DNA of 64,000 bases. It comes from Myxococcota bacterium (GTDB taxonomy: Bacteria > Myxococcota_A > UBA796 > CAJQPC01). Below, in pieces: positions 44,996-54,212 of the stretch (positions within the stretch are counted from its first letter, which is position 1; each line of letters starts with the position of its first letter). The notes beneath the pieces were generated by a model, which worked only from the letters and a program-made list of their open reading frames with translations, searched no databases and was not told the origin of the DNA. Where the stretch lies: positions 160,001 to 224,000 of the forward strand of contig JAZAMN010000071.1 in the NCBI GenBank assembly GCA_036229005.1. Direction: 5' to 3'. The translations under genes were made by a program, and so were the position numbers.

Positions 44996-47865
44996 GCGCG
45001 CAGGCCCCAGAGCCCTGGGACTGGACCCAGGCCACCCTCCCCCGCGGAGAGGTGGGCTTCGAGGTCAGCGAGGTCCTGGACGGCCGCTACGCCCTCAAGG
45101 AGCCCCTGGGCGCGGGTGCGCAGGGCAGGGTGATCGCCGCCTACGACGCCATCGCCAAGGAGCGGGTGGCGGTCAAGCTGGTGCCCGAGCTGTTCGGGAG
45201 CGGGGGCCGCCTGGAGATCGCCGCGCTGCGCATGGTGCGCTCCCCCCACGTGGTGCGCCTGCTGGACGAGGGCAAGGTCCCCGGCGGGCGCTACCTGGTC
45301 ATGGAGCTGGTGGACGGCGACCCCCTGCCCACGGGGCCGATGGCCTGGCCCAAGGCCCGCGCGCTGGTCGTCGGTGTGCTGCGCGCCCTGCACGCTCTGC
45401 ACCGCGAGGGGCTCACCCATCGGGACCTCAAGCTGGACAACCTGCGCCTGCGGGACCGCCAGCCGGTGCTGCTGGACCTGGGCCTGAGCCTGGCGCCGCC
45501 CCCGGGCCCCGGCGAGCTCCAGGGCTCCCTGTCCACCATGAGCCCTGAGCAGCTCCGCGGAGAGCCGGCCACCCCCAAGTCGGACCTCTACGCCCTGGGG
45601 CAGCTCCTCTACCGGTGGCTGACGGGTCGACCGGCGCAGCCGGGGAGCCCGGCGGAGCTGCGGGAGGCGCGCCTGATGTCCTCGCCTGCGCCGATCGGCA
45701 GCATCCGGCCTGGGCTACCCCGGCTGGTCAAAGAGTTGGTGCACAGCCTGCTGGAGCGGGACCCCGCCCTCCGTCCCCCCAGCGCGGAGTGGCTGCTGCA
45801 CGCCCTGGGAGAGCAGACCCCCCGCAGCCAGGCCGCCGCCCTGCTCCAGCACCACCCGGAGCGCTGCCAACCCCGGGACCTGGAGGGCCTGTTCGCGGGG
45901 CACAAGCGGGTGGTCCACATCCCCGACGACGCCGCGCGCGTGCTCTACCAGGCCACCGGCGGGCACCGCAGCGTCGTGCAGGAGGTCCTCACCCAGTGGA
46001 TCACCCGCGGCCACGTTCAGCTTCAGGACGGCAAGCTGCACACCGACCGCGCCACCCTGGAGCGCCTGCGCCTGGGCCACGAACCCCTGCCCACCGACCC
46101 CGACCTGCGCCTGGCCGAGATGCTGCGGCGGTCCGAGTTCACCAGCCAGCACCAGGGCCTGGCCAGCGAAGGCCACGAGTGGGCCCGGCAGGCGATGCTG
46201 CTGGCTCTGGATCTGCAGGACCTCGAGCGCGCCCGAGAGGCCTGCGAGCTGCTCACCCAGGCCCGGAGTCAGGAGCGCAGCGCCAGCGGGATGCAGGACA
46301 CGCTGCGGCTGCTGGAGCGGGCCAACCGCGAGGGCGTGGCCATCGACGATCTGATGTGGCTGCTGCGCGGCATCACTCTGGTCGTGCGGGAGCCCGAGCG
46401 CGCCCGGGAGGCCTTCCGCAACGCCGGCCGCTTCCAGCGCGCCTCCCTGGACACCGCCACCCAGGGCGGCCTCTCCCGCTCCTACCTGCGCGAGCCTGAG
46501 CACCTGCGGGCCCTGCTCTGGGGCCCCGAGCTGGAGGCCTGGGCCACCGACCCCGCCCGCCTGGCCAGCCTGCACTCCTGGCGCTCCCACTTCCTCTACC
46601 AGCAGCGCGACTGGGCGGGCGCCCGCGACGAGGCCCTGCGCGCCGCCCAGCACCAGACCAGCTTCCACAAGTGGGCGCGCTCCATGTCCAGCGCCATGTT
46701 CGCCAGCCTCGAGCTCGAAGACTACGAGCTGCTCGACGAGCACCTGATCCCCCTGCTCCTGCGCAGCGAGGGCGCCCGCCACACCACCAACACCCTGCAC
46801 ATCCAGATGTGCTCCCGCTCGCGCGATGTGCGCATGGACCTGCCCACGACCCCCCGGCCCTGGCTCTCCGCCGCCGCCGAGGACTTCGGCATGCACTACG
46901 CCGCCTCCTTCGCTCTGCTGGAGACCGGCCTGGCCTGGCGCCGCGGCCTGCACGCCGACGGACGGGCCATCGCCGAGCGCGCCCTCCGGCAACCCCTGAT
47001 CCCCCACCTGCGGCTCGTGATCCAGGCCCTCTACGGCCTCTGCGGCGGGATCGTCTCCGTGGAATCCCTCTTGGAGGAGCTCCCCAGCGTGCGTATGATG
47101 CCGCAGTTCAGAGTCCAGCTCTTGGGCCTGATCGCTGCGCTTGGGGGGCGGCCATCTCCTGAGCTCTTGTCCCAGCTCCTGGCCATCAAGTCCGAGCACC
47201 CCGAGATCGACTGGTCCCGGCGCCTGGACATCTGCTCTCCCGCCGAGGCCGAGTCCGCCTGCCGAACCGGCTCTCTGCAGAACCCTGCCCTGGAGGCCCC
47301 CATGAAGCGCACCTTCACCCTGACGCCCACCGAGCTCAACCACGAGACCTGGGAGCTCACCGGCCTCTCCAACCCCGCGTTCGTCATCGTGACCCAGGTC
47401 GGCAGCGACTTCCAGGAGCAGGTCCTGGTCCACGCCGCGGACATCGCCAACTACGCCTCCAAGGCCACGACCGCCACCGCCATGGGCATCCCCCCCACGG
47501 CCCCCGCGACCTTCCTGAACAGCCAGGGCCTCAACCCCGCCGACTACCGCATGGCCACCGTCACCGTCGACGCCGAGCCCATCACCGGCCTGCCCAACCC
47601 CCAGGGCGGCATGAACCACCGCTTCACGGTCAACAACAACGGCGGCACCCCCGCGGGCGTCCTGTACCGCTGCGACAACTCCGGCACCTGGCAGGACTCC
47701 TGGGCCCTCAAGCCCAACTTTGTCTGGGGCGACGCCACCCACAGCGTCGGCATCGTCCCCGACCCCAGCCAGCCCGGCGCCCCCGCGGCCTGGGCCGCCG
47801 CCGCCAAGACCTTCGCCGCGGGCGGGCAGTTCATCCAGGTGACCTGGACCTGGACCGCCGTCTGA
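44992..47865 (+). CDS. Cytoplasmic Ser/Thr kinase with helical/TPR-like region, reading in-frame into a downstream module
   Basis: GAGAQGRV, VAVK, HRDLKLDN, DLG, MSPEQ, SDLYALG; TTG start overlaps upstream TGA. Confidence 0.85.
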   Translation: MSAQAPEPWDWTQATLPRGEVGFEVSEVLDGRYALKEPLGAGAQGRVIAAYDAIAKERVAVKLVPELFGSGGRLEIAALRMVRSPHVVRLLDEGKVPGGRYLVMELVDGDPLPTGPMAWPKARALVVGVLRALHALHREGLTHRDLKLDNLRLRDRQPVLLDLGLSLAPPPGPGELQGSLSTMSPEQLRGEPATPKSDLYALGQLLYRWLTGRPAQPGSPAELREARLMSSPAPIGSIRPGLPRLVKELVHSLLERDPALRPPSAEWLLHALGEQTPRSQAAALLQHHPERCQPRDLEGLFAGHKRVVHIPDDAARVLYQATGGHRSVVQEVLTQWITRGHVQLQDGKLHTDRATLERLRLGHEPLPTDPDLRLAEMLRRSEFTSQHQGLASEGHEWARQAMLLALDLQDLERAREACELLTQARSQERSASGMQDTLRLLERANREGVAIDDLMWLLRGITLVVREPERAREAFRNAGRFQRASLDTATQGGLSRSYLREPEHLRALLWGPELEAWATDPARLASLHSWRSHFLYQQRDWAGARDEALRAAQHQTSFHKWARSMSSAMFASLELEDYELLDEHLIPLLLRSEGARHTTNTLHIQMCSRSRDVRMDLPTTPRPWLSAAAEDFGMHYAASFALLETGLAWRRGLHADGRAIAERALRQPLIPHLRLVIQALYGLCGGIVSVESLLEELPSVRMMPQFRVQLLGLIAALGGRPSPELLSQLLAIKSEHPEIDWSRRLDICSPAEAESACRTGSLQNPALEAPMKRTFTLTPTELNHETWELTGLSNPAFVIVTQVGSDFQEQVLVHAADIANYASKATTATAMGIPPTAPATFLNSQGLNPADYRMATVTVDAEPITGLPNPQGGMNHRFTVNNNGGTPAGVLYRCDNSGTWQDSWALKPNFVWGDATHSVGIVPDPSQPGAPAAWAAAAKTFAAGGQFIQVTWTWTAV
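47302..47865 (+). CDS. Probable separately initiated 187-aa beta-rich hypothetical protein nested in-frame in the kinase ORF
   Basis: GGAGG at 47292-96, ATG at 47302; abrupt shift in amino-acid composition and to strongly C-ending codons. Confidence 0.6.
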   Translation: MKRTFTLTPTELNHETWELTGLSNPAFVIVTQVGSDFQEQVLVHAADIANYASKATTATAMGIPPTAPATFLNSQGLNPADYRMATVTVDAEPITGLPNPQGGMNHRFTVNNNGGTPAGVLYRCDNSGTWQDSWALKPNFVWGDATHSVGIVPDPSQPGAPAAWAAAAKTFAAGGQFIQVTWTWTAV

Positions 47866-47912
47866 GCGAACTGCACGCGCAGATCCACCTGAGCGCCGCG
47901 CGGTCTCTGGGC

Positions 47913-48623
47913 TTGCGCGGCGCCTCTGCGCGTCTGGGGATCGTGGACCTCCCCCCCGAACACCGGGCCCGCAGCCTGGCGGTGATTCTGGGAGAGGAGG
48001 GGCTGGCACCGGACGCCACACTGCTGCCCCCCACCACCCCAGACCCTGGCCCCGACGGCCTCTCTGCCCTGGTCTCCACCGTCGAGGTCACCCTGGCGCA
48101 GACCCCGGATGTCCTGCTCATCAACCTGAGCCTGGACGACCGCTACCCCGTGATCCAGTCCCGCGCGGTGCGCGCCGTCCTGCGCCGGGCCTGGGACGCG
48201 GGGTGCCTGCCCATTGTGGCTGCTGGGAACGCCCAGCATGACCTCGCCGATGCCCGGGATCTGGAGAGCGGGCGCGCGCTCCAGGGTGTCCCGGAGGTGC
48301 AGGACCCGAGCTGGCTGCTGGTCGGCGCCCTTCACCCCCAGAGCGGCGCGGCGATGGGCACCACCGGCCCGGGCGTGCACTGCCGGCACTGGGGCCACAA
48401 CGTCAAAGTGCCGGGGATTCGCCGATTCTCCGGGAGCTCGGCAGCGGCGGCGGTGGTGACGGGCCTGGCCCTGCTGCTGGTCGACGGGATGCGCGCGCAG
48501 GGGCAGGTCTGGACCCCGCGAAGCCTCAGGGACACCCTCGCGGATCCCCGCAGCCAGGACCCCCACGGCATGCCCATCCTGCAACGCCTGCTGACTGCGT
48601 GTGGCCTTGACGCGGCGGCGTGA
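47913..48623 (+). CDS. Compact S8 subtilase-like protein without signal peptide
   Basis: LGIVD, EHRARSL, LLINLSL, VAAGN, FSGSSAAAAVVTG; subtilase-like sequence extends upstream to ~47862. Confidence 0.65.
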   Translation: MRGASARLGIVDLPPEHRARSLAVILGEEGLAPDATLLPPTTPDPGPDGLSALVSTVEVTLAQTPDVLLINLSLDDRYPVIQSRAVRAVLRRAWDAGCLPIVAAGNAQHDLADARDLESGRALQGVPEVQDPSWLLVGALHPQSGAAMGTTGPGVHCRHWGHNVKVPGIRRFSGSSAAAAVVTGLALLLVDGMRAQGQVWTPRSLRDTLADPRSQDPHGMPILQRLLTACGLDAAA

Positions 48624-48660
48624 ATAGACGCAAGCCCCCCAACACCTGGAGAGGGGTTCC

Positions 48661-50421
48661 ATGCTCAAGAACGTCCGCCGCACCCACATGTGTGGGCAGC
48701 TCCGCGAAGATTCCATCGGCCAGAAGGTCCTGCTGCAGGGCTGGGCGCAGAAGGCCCGAGATCTGGGCGGCGTGGCCTTCATCGACCTGCGCGACCGGGC
48801 CGGCTTCGTGCAGATCACGGTGGACGAGCGCTCCCCCGCCTCCGCCCACGAGTCCGCCGGGACCGTGCGCCAGGAGTACGTGATCGAGGTCGAGGGCACC
48901 GTGCACGCGCGCACCAAGCCCAACTCCAAGATCCCCACCGGCGCGATCGAGGTCGTGGCCGACAAGATCACCGTGCTCTCCAAGACCGAGCCCCTGCCCT
49001 TCGCCCTGGAGGGCGAGGCCCACGAAGAGACCCGCCTGACCTGGCGCTTTCTGGACCTGCGCCGCCCCCACCTGCAGGACAAGCTGATCAAGCGCCACCG
49101 GGCCGCCCAGGCCGCCCGCCGCTTCCTGGACGGCCACGGCTTCCTGGAGGTCGAGACCCCCATCCTGAACCGCAGCACGCCGGAAGGCGCCCGCGACTAC
49201 CTGGTGCCCAGCCGCGTGCACCCCGGTCAGTGGTACGCGCTGCCCCAGAGCCCCCAGCTCTTCAAGCAGATCCTGATGGTGGCCGGCATGGACCGCTACT
49301 TCCAGATCGTGAAGTGCTTCCGGGACGAGGACCTGCGCGCTGACCGCCAGCCCGAGTTCACCCAGATCGACATCGAGATGTCCTTCCCCACCGCCGACAC
49401 CGTGATGGAGGTCGCCGAGGGCGTCGCCCGCGCCATGTGGCAGGAGGTCCGCGGCGAGGACATCGGCAGCGTGCCCCGCCTGAGCTTCGCCGACGCCATC
49501 GCGCGCTTTGGCGTGGACAACCCCGACCTGCGCTTCGGCATGGAGCACAAGGACATCAGCGACGTGGTGGCCGAGTCCGAGTCCAAGGTGGTCCAGGGCG
49601 GCCTGGCTGACGGCGGCATCGCCAAGGCCTTCTGCGTGCCCGGCGGCGCGGCCCAGTCCCGCAAGGTCCTGGACAAGTGGACCGAGTTCGTCCGCCGCTA
49701 CGGCATGGGCGGGCTGATGTGGGCCAAGGTCGGCGATGATGGCTGGAGCGGCTCCGCCAAGAAGCTCTTCTCCGACGAGGAGAAGGCCGCCATCGCCCAG
49801 GTGCTGGAGGCCGGAACCGGCGATCTGGTGCTCATCGGCGTCGGCAAGCCCGAGCACGTCAACCCCGGCCTGGGGCGCCTGCGCCGCCACATCGGCCTGG
49901 AGCTGGACATGGCCGAGCCCGGCAAGTTCGCGTTCTGCTGGGTCACCGACTTCCCCGCCTTCGAGTGGGACGAGGACTCGGGCCGCTGGACCAGCACCCA
50001 CCACCCCTTCACCTCGCCCCGCGCCGACGGCATCGAGCTCTTCGGCACCGGCCGCGAGAACGAGATCATGACCGACGCCTACGACCTGGTGTGCAACGGC
50101 TACGAGATCGCGGGCGGCTCCATCCGTATCCACGACTCCGAAGTGCAGTCCAAGGTCTTCACCGCCCTGGGCATCGACGCGGAAGAGGCCGAGACCCGCT
50201 TTGGCTTCCTGCTGGGCGCTCTGCGGCACGGCGCGCCCCCCCACGGCGGCATCGCCTTCGGCTTCGACCGCTCGGTCATGCTGCTCACCGACACGGACAA
50301 CATCCGCGACGTGATCGCCTTCCCCAAGACCACGAAGGCGCAGGATCTGATGGCCCAGGCCCCCAGCGGCGTGGACGCCGAGCAGCTCGCTGAGCTCTTC
50401 GTGAAGAACACGGTCGACTGA
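48661..50421 (+). CDS. aspS: Aspartate--tRNA ligase
   Basis: RTHMCGQL, RDLGG, STPEGARDYLVPSR, CFRDEDLRADRQPEFTQ, GAPPHGGIAFG, IRDVIAFPKT. Confidence 0.98.
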   Translation: MLKNVRRTHMCGQLREDSIGQKVLLQGWAQKARDLGGVAFIDLRDRAGFVQITVDERSPASAHESAGTVRQEYVIEVEGTVHARTKPNSKIPTGAIEVVADKITVLSKTEPLPFALEGEAHEETRLTWRFLDLRRPHLQDKLIKRHRAAQAARRFLDGHGFLEVETPILNRSTPEGARDYLVPSRVHPGQWYALPQSPQLFKQILMVAGMDRYFQIVKCFRDEDLRADRQPEFTQIDIEMSFPTADTVMEVAEGVARAMWQEVRGEDIGSVPRLSFADAIARFGVDNPDLRFGMEHKDISDVVAESESKVVQGGLADGGIAKAFCVPGGAAQSRKVLDKWTEFVRRYGMGGLMWAKVGDDGWSGSAKKLFSDEEKAAIAQVLEAGTGDLVLIGVGKPEHVNPGLGRLRRHIGLELDMAEPGKFAFCWVTDFPAFEWDEDSGRWTSTHHPFTSPRADGIELFGTGRENEIMTDAYDLVCNGYEIAGGSIRIHDSEVQSKVFTALGIDAEEAETRFGFLLGALRHGAPPHGGIAFGFDRSVMLLTDTDNIRDVIAFPKTTKAQDLMAQAPSGVDAEQLAELFVKNTVD

Positions 50422-50480
50422 TCGCTTCGCGCATCGGCGCACAGGGGCCTCCAGGTACACTGGTCTCAAGGAGGTCCCTC

Positions 50481-51188
50481 ATGCGCCGACTGCTCGCCCC
50501 CACCACCCTGACCGTCATGGCCCTCTTCACCCTGGCCTGCGCTCTGGGTGCAGACGAGGACATCGAGGGCGACGTCGCCGGGGAGTGCTCCGACGGCGCC
50601 GACAACGACGCGGACGGCTACTTCGACTGCGACGACAACGACTGCTGGGGCGCCCCCGACTGCGACGAAGACCAGACGAGCAACAGCGACGACACCGGCA
50701 GCGGCGGGGACGACACCGGAAGCGGCGGGGACGACACCGGCAACAGCGGGGATCCCGTGGGCGCCAAGTGGACCGGCCTGCAGGTCGTCTACACCCTGGA
50801 GTGGGAGTTCACCCTGCCCGTCACCGGCCTGAGCGACTGCACGCAGGTCTTCGAGGGCAGCGGCACCCAGACCCGGGTGGACAGCAGCGGCCCGCACTTC
50901 GACGGCACCTGGGAGCTGGTCGAGAGCGACTGCGAGCCCGCCCTGGACGACGCCATCTGGACCCCCGACGACGGCGAGGGTGTGCACAGCGTCGAGCTCT
51001 CGGGCGACGACGGCCCCTGGACCGCCTGGTGGGTGCGCGCGCCCAGCGGGGACGGGGAGTTCGGCGTCTACGACTTCACCGAGGTCCTGGAGTCCGGCGT
51101 GGGCCGCTACCAGGAAGACGAGGCCGCCGACGCGGCGGTGCCTGGGCTGGTCTTCCACCACGATCTCGAGCTCGTCCTGGAAGACTGA
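50481..51188 (+). CDS. Acidic lipoprotein with a Cys/Asp Ca-binding-like motif
   Basis: AAGGAGG RBS; FTLAC; ECSDGADNDADGYFDCDDNDC. Confidence 0.78.
   Translation: MRRLLAPTTLTVMALFTLACALGADEDIEGDVAGECSDGADNDADGYFDCDDNDCWGAPDCDEDQTSNSDDTGSGGDDTGSGGDDTGNSGDPVGAKWTGLQVVYTLEWEFTLPVTGLSDCTQVFEGSGTQTRVDSSGPHFDGTWELVESDCEPALDDAIWTPDDGEGVHSVELSGDDGPWTAWWVRAPSGDGEFGVYDFTEVLESGVGRYQEDEAADAAVPGLVFHHDLELVLED
50688..50750 (+). repeat. Coding 21-bp tandem repeat x3 (DDTGSGG linker)
   Basis: gacgacaccgg at 50688, 50709 and 50730. Confidence 0.85.
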
Positions 51189-51779
51189 GTGCTGCTGCTG
51201 CTCACCGCCTGCCTGGCCGCGGTCCACCCCATCCCGGGCACCCAGCCCCAGCAGCTCCTGGGCCAGGTCGCCTTCGAGCTGCCCCAGGACTGGGAGGTCG
51301 TGGTCAACAACCGCGCCTTCGGCAACCACCACGTGCTGCTGCGCAGCCCGCCCGCCCAGCAGGCCGTGGTCACCATCGATCTGGTGCGCGAGGGCCGGCG
51401 CACCCGCGAGCTGGACCTGCGCATCGTCGCGGAGACCTACGCCCTGGACCGCGGCCGCAGCCTGGACATCGAGGCCAAGCTGCTGGCCCACCACCAACTC
51501 GAGGTCGCCGACCGGGAGGCCTGGGCCGTCACCGTACAGCGCCGCCACGGCCCCAACGAGCAGCTCGCCAGCACCGTCGCCCTGCGGGGCAGCGAGCACC
51601 TGGCCCTGCTCACCCTGAGCACCCCCCTGGAGGCCGGTGTCGCCGCCGCCGTGCCCTGGGGGCAGATCCTGGACTCCTTCGCCCTGCCCGGCGACCCCGT
51701 GGACCCCAACGCCCCCATCTTCCCCCGGGACGCCGAGCTGGAGAACGAGCTGGACGGCCTGCCCTCGGGGGGCCTCTGA
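51189..51779 (+). CDS. Hypothetical exported protein or lipoprotein (PsbP/DcrB-like pattern)
   Basis: GTG directly after upstream TGA; MLLLLTAC; FELPQDW..WGQILDSF. Confidence 0.65.
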   Translation: MLLLLTACLAAVHPIPGTQPQQLLGQVAFELPQDWEVVVNNRAFGNHHVLLRSPPAQQAVVTIDLVREGRRTRELDLRIVAETYALDRGRSLDIEAKLLAHHQLEVADREAWAVTVQRRHGPNEQLASTVALRGSEHLALLTLSTPLEAGVAAAVPWGQILDSFALPGDPVDPNAPIFPRDAELENELDGLPSGGL

Positions 51780-51786
51780 ACCCCCG

Positions 51787-52866
51787 ATGAGCCAGCGCCT
51801 CTACCACGTCCAGGACCCCGGTCCCCTGCGCCTGGCCCGCAACAGCGAGGGCGCGCTCTGCTGCCTGTGGATGGGCCTGCCGCCCCCGCGCTCCCCGGCC
51901 CACCGAGGCCTCGCGCTGCGCCTGGACACCGGCCTCTACGACGGCCAGCCCGCCTGGCTGGAGCACTGCCCCGACGGCCCCTCCATCGCCCAGCTCGCCG
52001 AGCACCTGGACCCCGCCCAGTGGGCCATGCTCTTCCAGGACCTCGCCGAAGCCCTGGACGCCCTGCACCGCGGGGACCTGCACCACGGCGCGCTGGACCT
52101 GCACCACGCCCGCGTGGACCCCACCGGCCAGGCCCGCCTGCTGGGGGTGGGTGTACAGGGCGGCGACGCGGACAGCGACATCTGGGCGCTGATCGGCCTG
52201 CTCACCGAGCACTGGCCGGAGAGCGCCCCGCCCCTGCCCTCGCTGGGGGACGACGCACAGGACGTGGGGGAGGCGATGGAGGAGATCCTGGCCCTGCACT
52301 ACCCCGCAGCCTCCCGCGCCAGCCTCTCGGCCCTCTCCACCCGGATGAGACCTGGATCCGGCGTCGAGGTCCTGCCGTGGCAGTCCGCCGGCTTCGACGA
52401 GGTCGGCATGGAGCTGGGCGAGGAGCGCGGCCACGGCGGCCTGCTGGACTTCTGGTCCACCGGGCGCTCGCGCTCCGGGGCCTTCACGGGCGCGGTCGAG
52501 GGCACCCTCCCCGAGGCCGACCTCCACGAGGTCCCTGGACGCGGCGCCATCCTGGCCCGCCTGCTGGCGCCGCCCCAGGTGACGCCAGACCCGGAGCGCT
52601 TCGCGGCCATCGAGGGCCAGCCCCTGCAAGCCCTCAAGGCGCTGCTGGCCGAAGAGCCCCTGGATCCCGTGCCCGTCTGCGAGGGCCCCCGCCTGGGTCA
52701 GACCCTGCAGGCCGCCACCCCCGACGACGAACCGGCGGGCCCCACCACGGTGACCTCGCTGCCGGTGCGCGAGGAGGTCTCGCGCGGGATGCTGCTGCTC
52801 TTTGGGCTGGTGGGCCTCGCGCTGGTCCTCGGTGCCCTCGCCCTCACCATCGCGCTGCTGCGCTGA
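51787..52866 (+). CDS. Degenerate kinase-like (pseudokinase) protein with C-terminal TM anchor
   Basis: LEHCPDGPSI..LAEALDALHRGDLHHGAL..LLGVG..SDIWAL; no HRD/DFG. Confidence 0.6.
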   Translation: MSQRLYHVQDPGPLRLARNSEGALCCLWMGLPPPRSPAHRGLALRLDTGLYDGQPAWLEHCPDGPSIAQLAEHLDPAQWAMLFQDLAEALDALHRGDLHHGALDLHHARVDPTGQARLLGVGVQGGDADSDIWALIGLLTEHWPESAPPLPSLGDDAQDVGEAMEEILALHYPAASRASLSALSTRMRPGSGVEVLPWQSAGFDEVGMELGEERGHGGLLDFWSTGRSRSGAFTGAVEGTLPEADLHEVPGRGAILARLLAPPQVTPDPERFAAIEGQPLQALKALLAEEPLDPVPVCEGPRLGQTLQAATPDDEPAGPTTVTSLPVREEVSRGMLLLFGLVGLALVLGALALTIALLR

Positions 52867-52899
52867 GAGCGGGCCCCAGATCCCAGAGCGGTGGGCCCA

Positions 52900-54096
52900 T
52901 CAGCGCTTGGCGCCGCCCCGTCCTCCCTTGCCCTTCTTCTTGCCCTTGGACGCACCCTTGGGCTTGGGGGGCGGGCGCTTGTTGACGGGCCGCTCGGGGT
53001 AGACCTCGTGCACCCACTTGCGGAAGGTCTCGAACTCGCCGTCCAGGATGGACTGCCGCATGCGGGCCATGAAGTTGGCGAACCAGGTCAGGTTGTGGAT
53101 GGTCGCCAGGGTGGCGCCGAACACCTCGCCCACCTTGAAGAGGTGGTGGATGTACGCGCGGGTGAACTTGGTGCAGGCGTAGCAGGAGCAGGTCGCGTCC
53201 GGCGGGTACATGTCCCGCTTGTAGCGGCTGTCGGTGATCCGGATGCGCCCGCGGTCGGTGTAGAACATGCCGCTGCGGGCGTGCCGGGTCTGGATCACGC
53301 AGTCGAACATGTCGATGCCGCGGGCCACGCCCTCGACCAGGTCCAGGGGCCGGCCGACGCCCATCAGGTAGCGGGGCGCATCCTTGGGCATGTGGGGGGT
53401 GGTGTAGTCCAGGACCTCGACCATCACCGAGTGCCCCTCGCCGACGCTCAGACCGCCGATGGCGTAGCCGTCAAAGCCGATCTCCTGGATCTGCTCGGCC
53501 GAGCGCTGACGGAGGTCAGGGTAGAAGCCCCCCTGGACGATGCCGAAGAGGCTCTGGTCCGGGCGGGTGTGGGCCTCCTTGGAGCGCCGCTCCCAGCGGG
53601 TGGTGCGGGCGACCGAGGCCTCGGTGTACTGGCGGTCGGTGCCAAAGGCCAGGCACTCGTCAAAGACCATCGCGATGTCGGCGCCCAGCTTCTGCTGGAT
53701 GTCCATGGAGGTCTCGGGGGACAGGAAAGTCCGCCTGCCATCGACCTCATAGGTGAATGTCACGCCGTCTTCGTTCACGGACTTCTTGTCCAGCGAGAAG
53801 ACCTGGAAGCCGCCCGAGTCGGTCAGGATGGGCAGCTCCACCTGCATCATGTCGTGCAGGCCGCCGTGCTTGGCGACCAGGTCTTCGCCCGGCCGCTGGT
53901 GCAGGTGGTAGGTGTTCGCCAGGATGATCTGCGACCCCGTCTGCGCCAGGTGCATCGGAGAGAGCGTCCGGATCGCCCCCTGCGTGCCCACGGGCATGAA
54001 CACCGGGGTCTGGATGGTCCCCCGGTTGAGAGTCAAGGTTGCAGCACGCGCCTGGCCGGCGGTGCCCTGGATCTTGAAGTCGACGGGACAGGTCAT
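52900..54096 (-). CDS. tgt: Queuine tRNA-ribosyltransferase
   Basis: TPVFMPVGTQG, ILANTYHL, TDSGGFQ, FDEC, GIVQGG, GGLSVGE, CSCYAC..HN. Confidence 0.97.
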   Translation of the reverse strand: MTCPVDFKIQGTAGQARAATLTLNRGTIQTPVFMPVGTQGAIRTLSPMHLAQTGSQIILANTYHLHQRPGEDLVAKHGGLHDMMQVELPILTDSGGFQVFSLDKKSVNEDGVTFTYEVDGRRTFLSPETSMDIQQKLGADIAMVFDECLAFGTDRQYTEASVARTTRWERRSKEAHTRPDQSLFGIVQGGFYPDLRQRSAEQIQEIGFDGYAIGGLSVGEGHSVMVEVLDYTTPHMPKDAPRYLMGVGRPLDLVEGVARGIDMFDCVIQTRHARSGMFYTDRGRIRITDSRYKRDMYPPDATCSCYACTKFTRAYIHHLFKVGEVFGATLATIHNLTWFANFMARMRQSILDGEFETFRKWVHEVYPERPVNKRPPPKPKGASKGKKKGKGGRGGAKR

Positions 54097-54212
54097 GACC
54101 GCCGACCTAACCCGACCCTCTGTCATCGGCTTGACGTGGTCGGCCCACGGCGGAGCCGATCGCAGGTATAGTTGGCCGTCCGAGCCCCCCGAGATTCTAG
54201 GACCCGCCCACC

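Noticed and set aside
52900..54096. tgt as a DNA-modifying DpdA or a queuine-salvage variant
   Set aside because: All canonical bacterial Tgt motifs are present, including FDEC and GGLSVGE; no dpd genes nearby.
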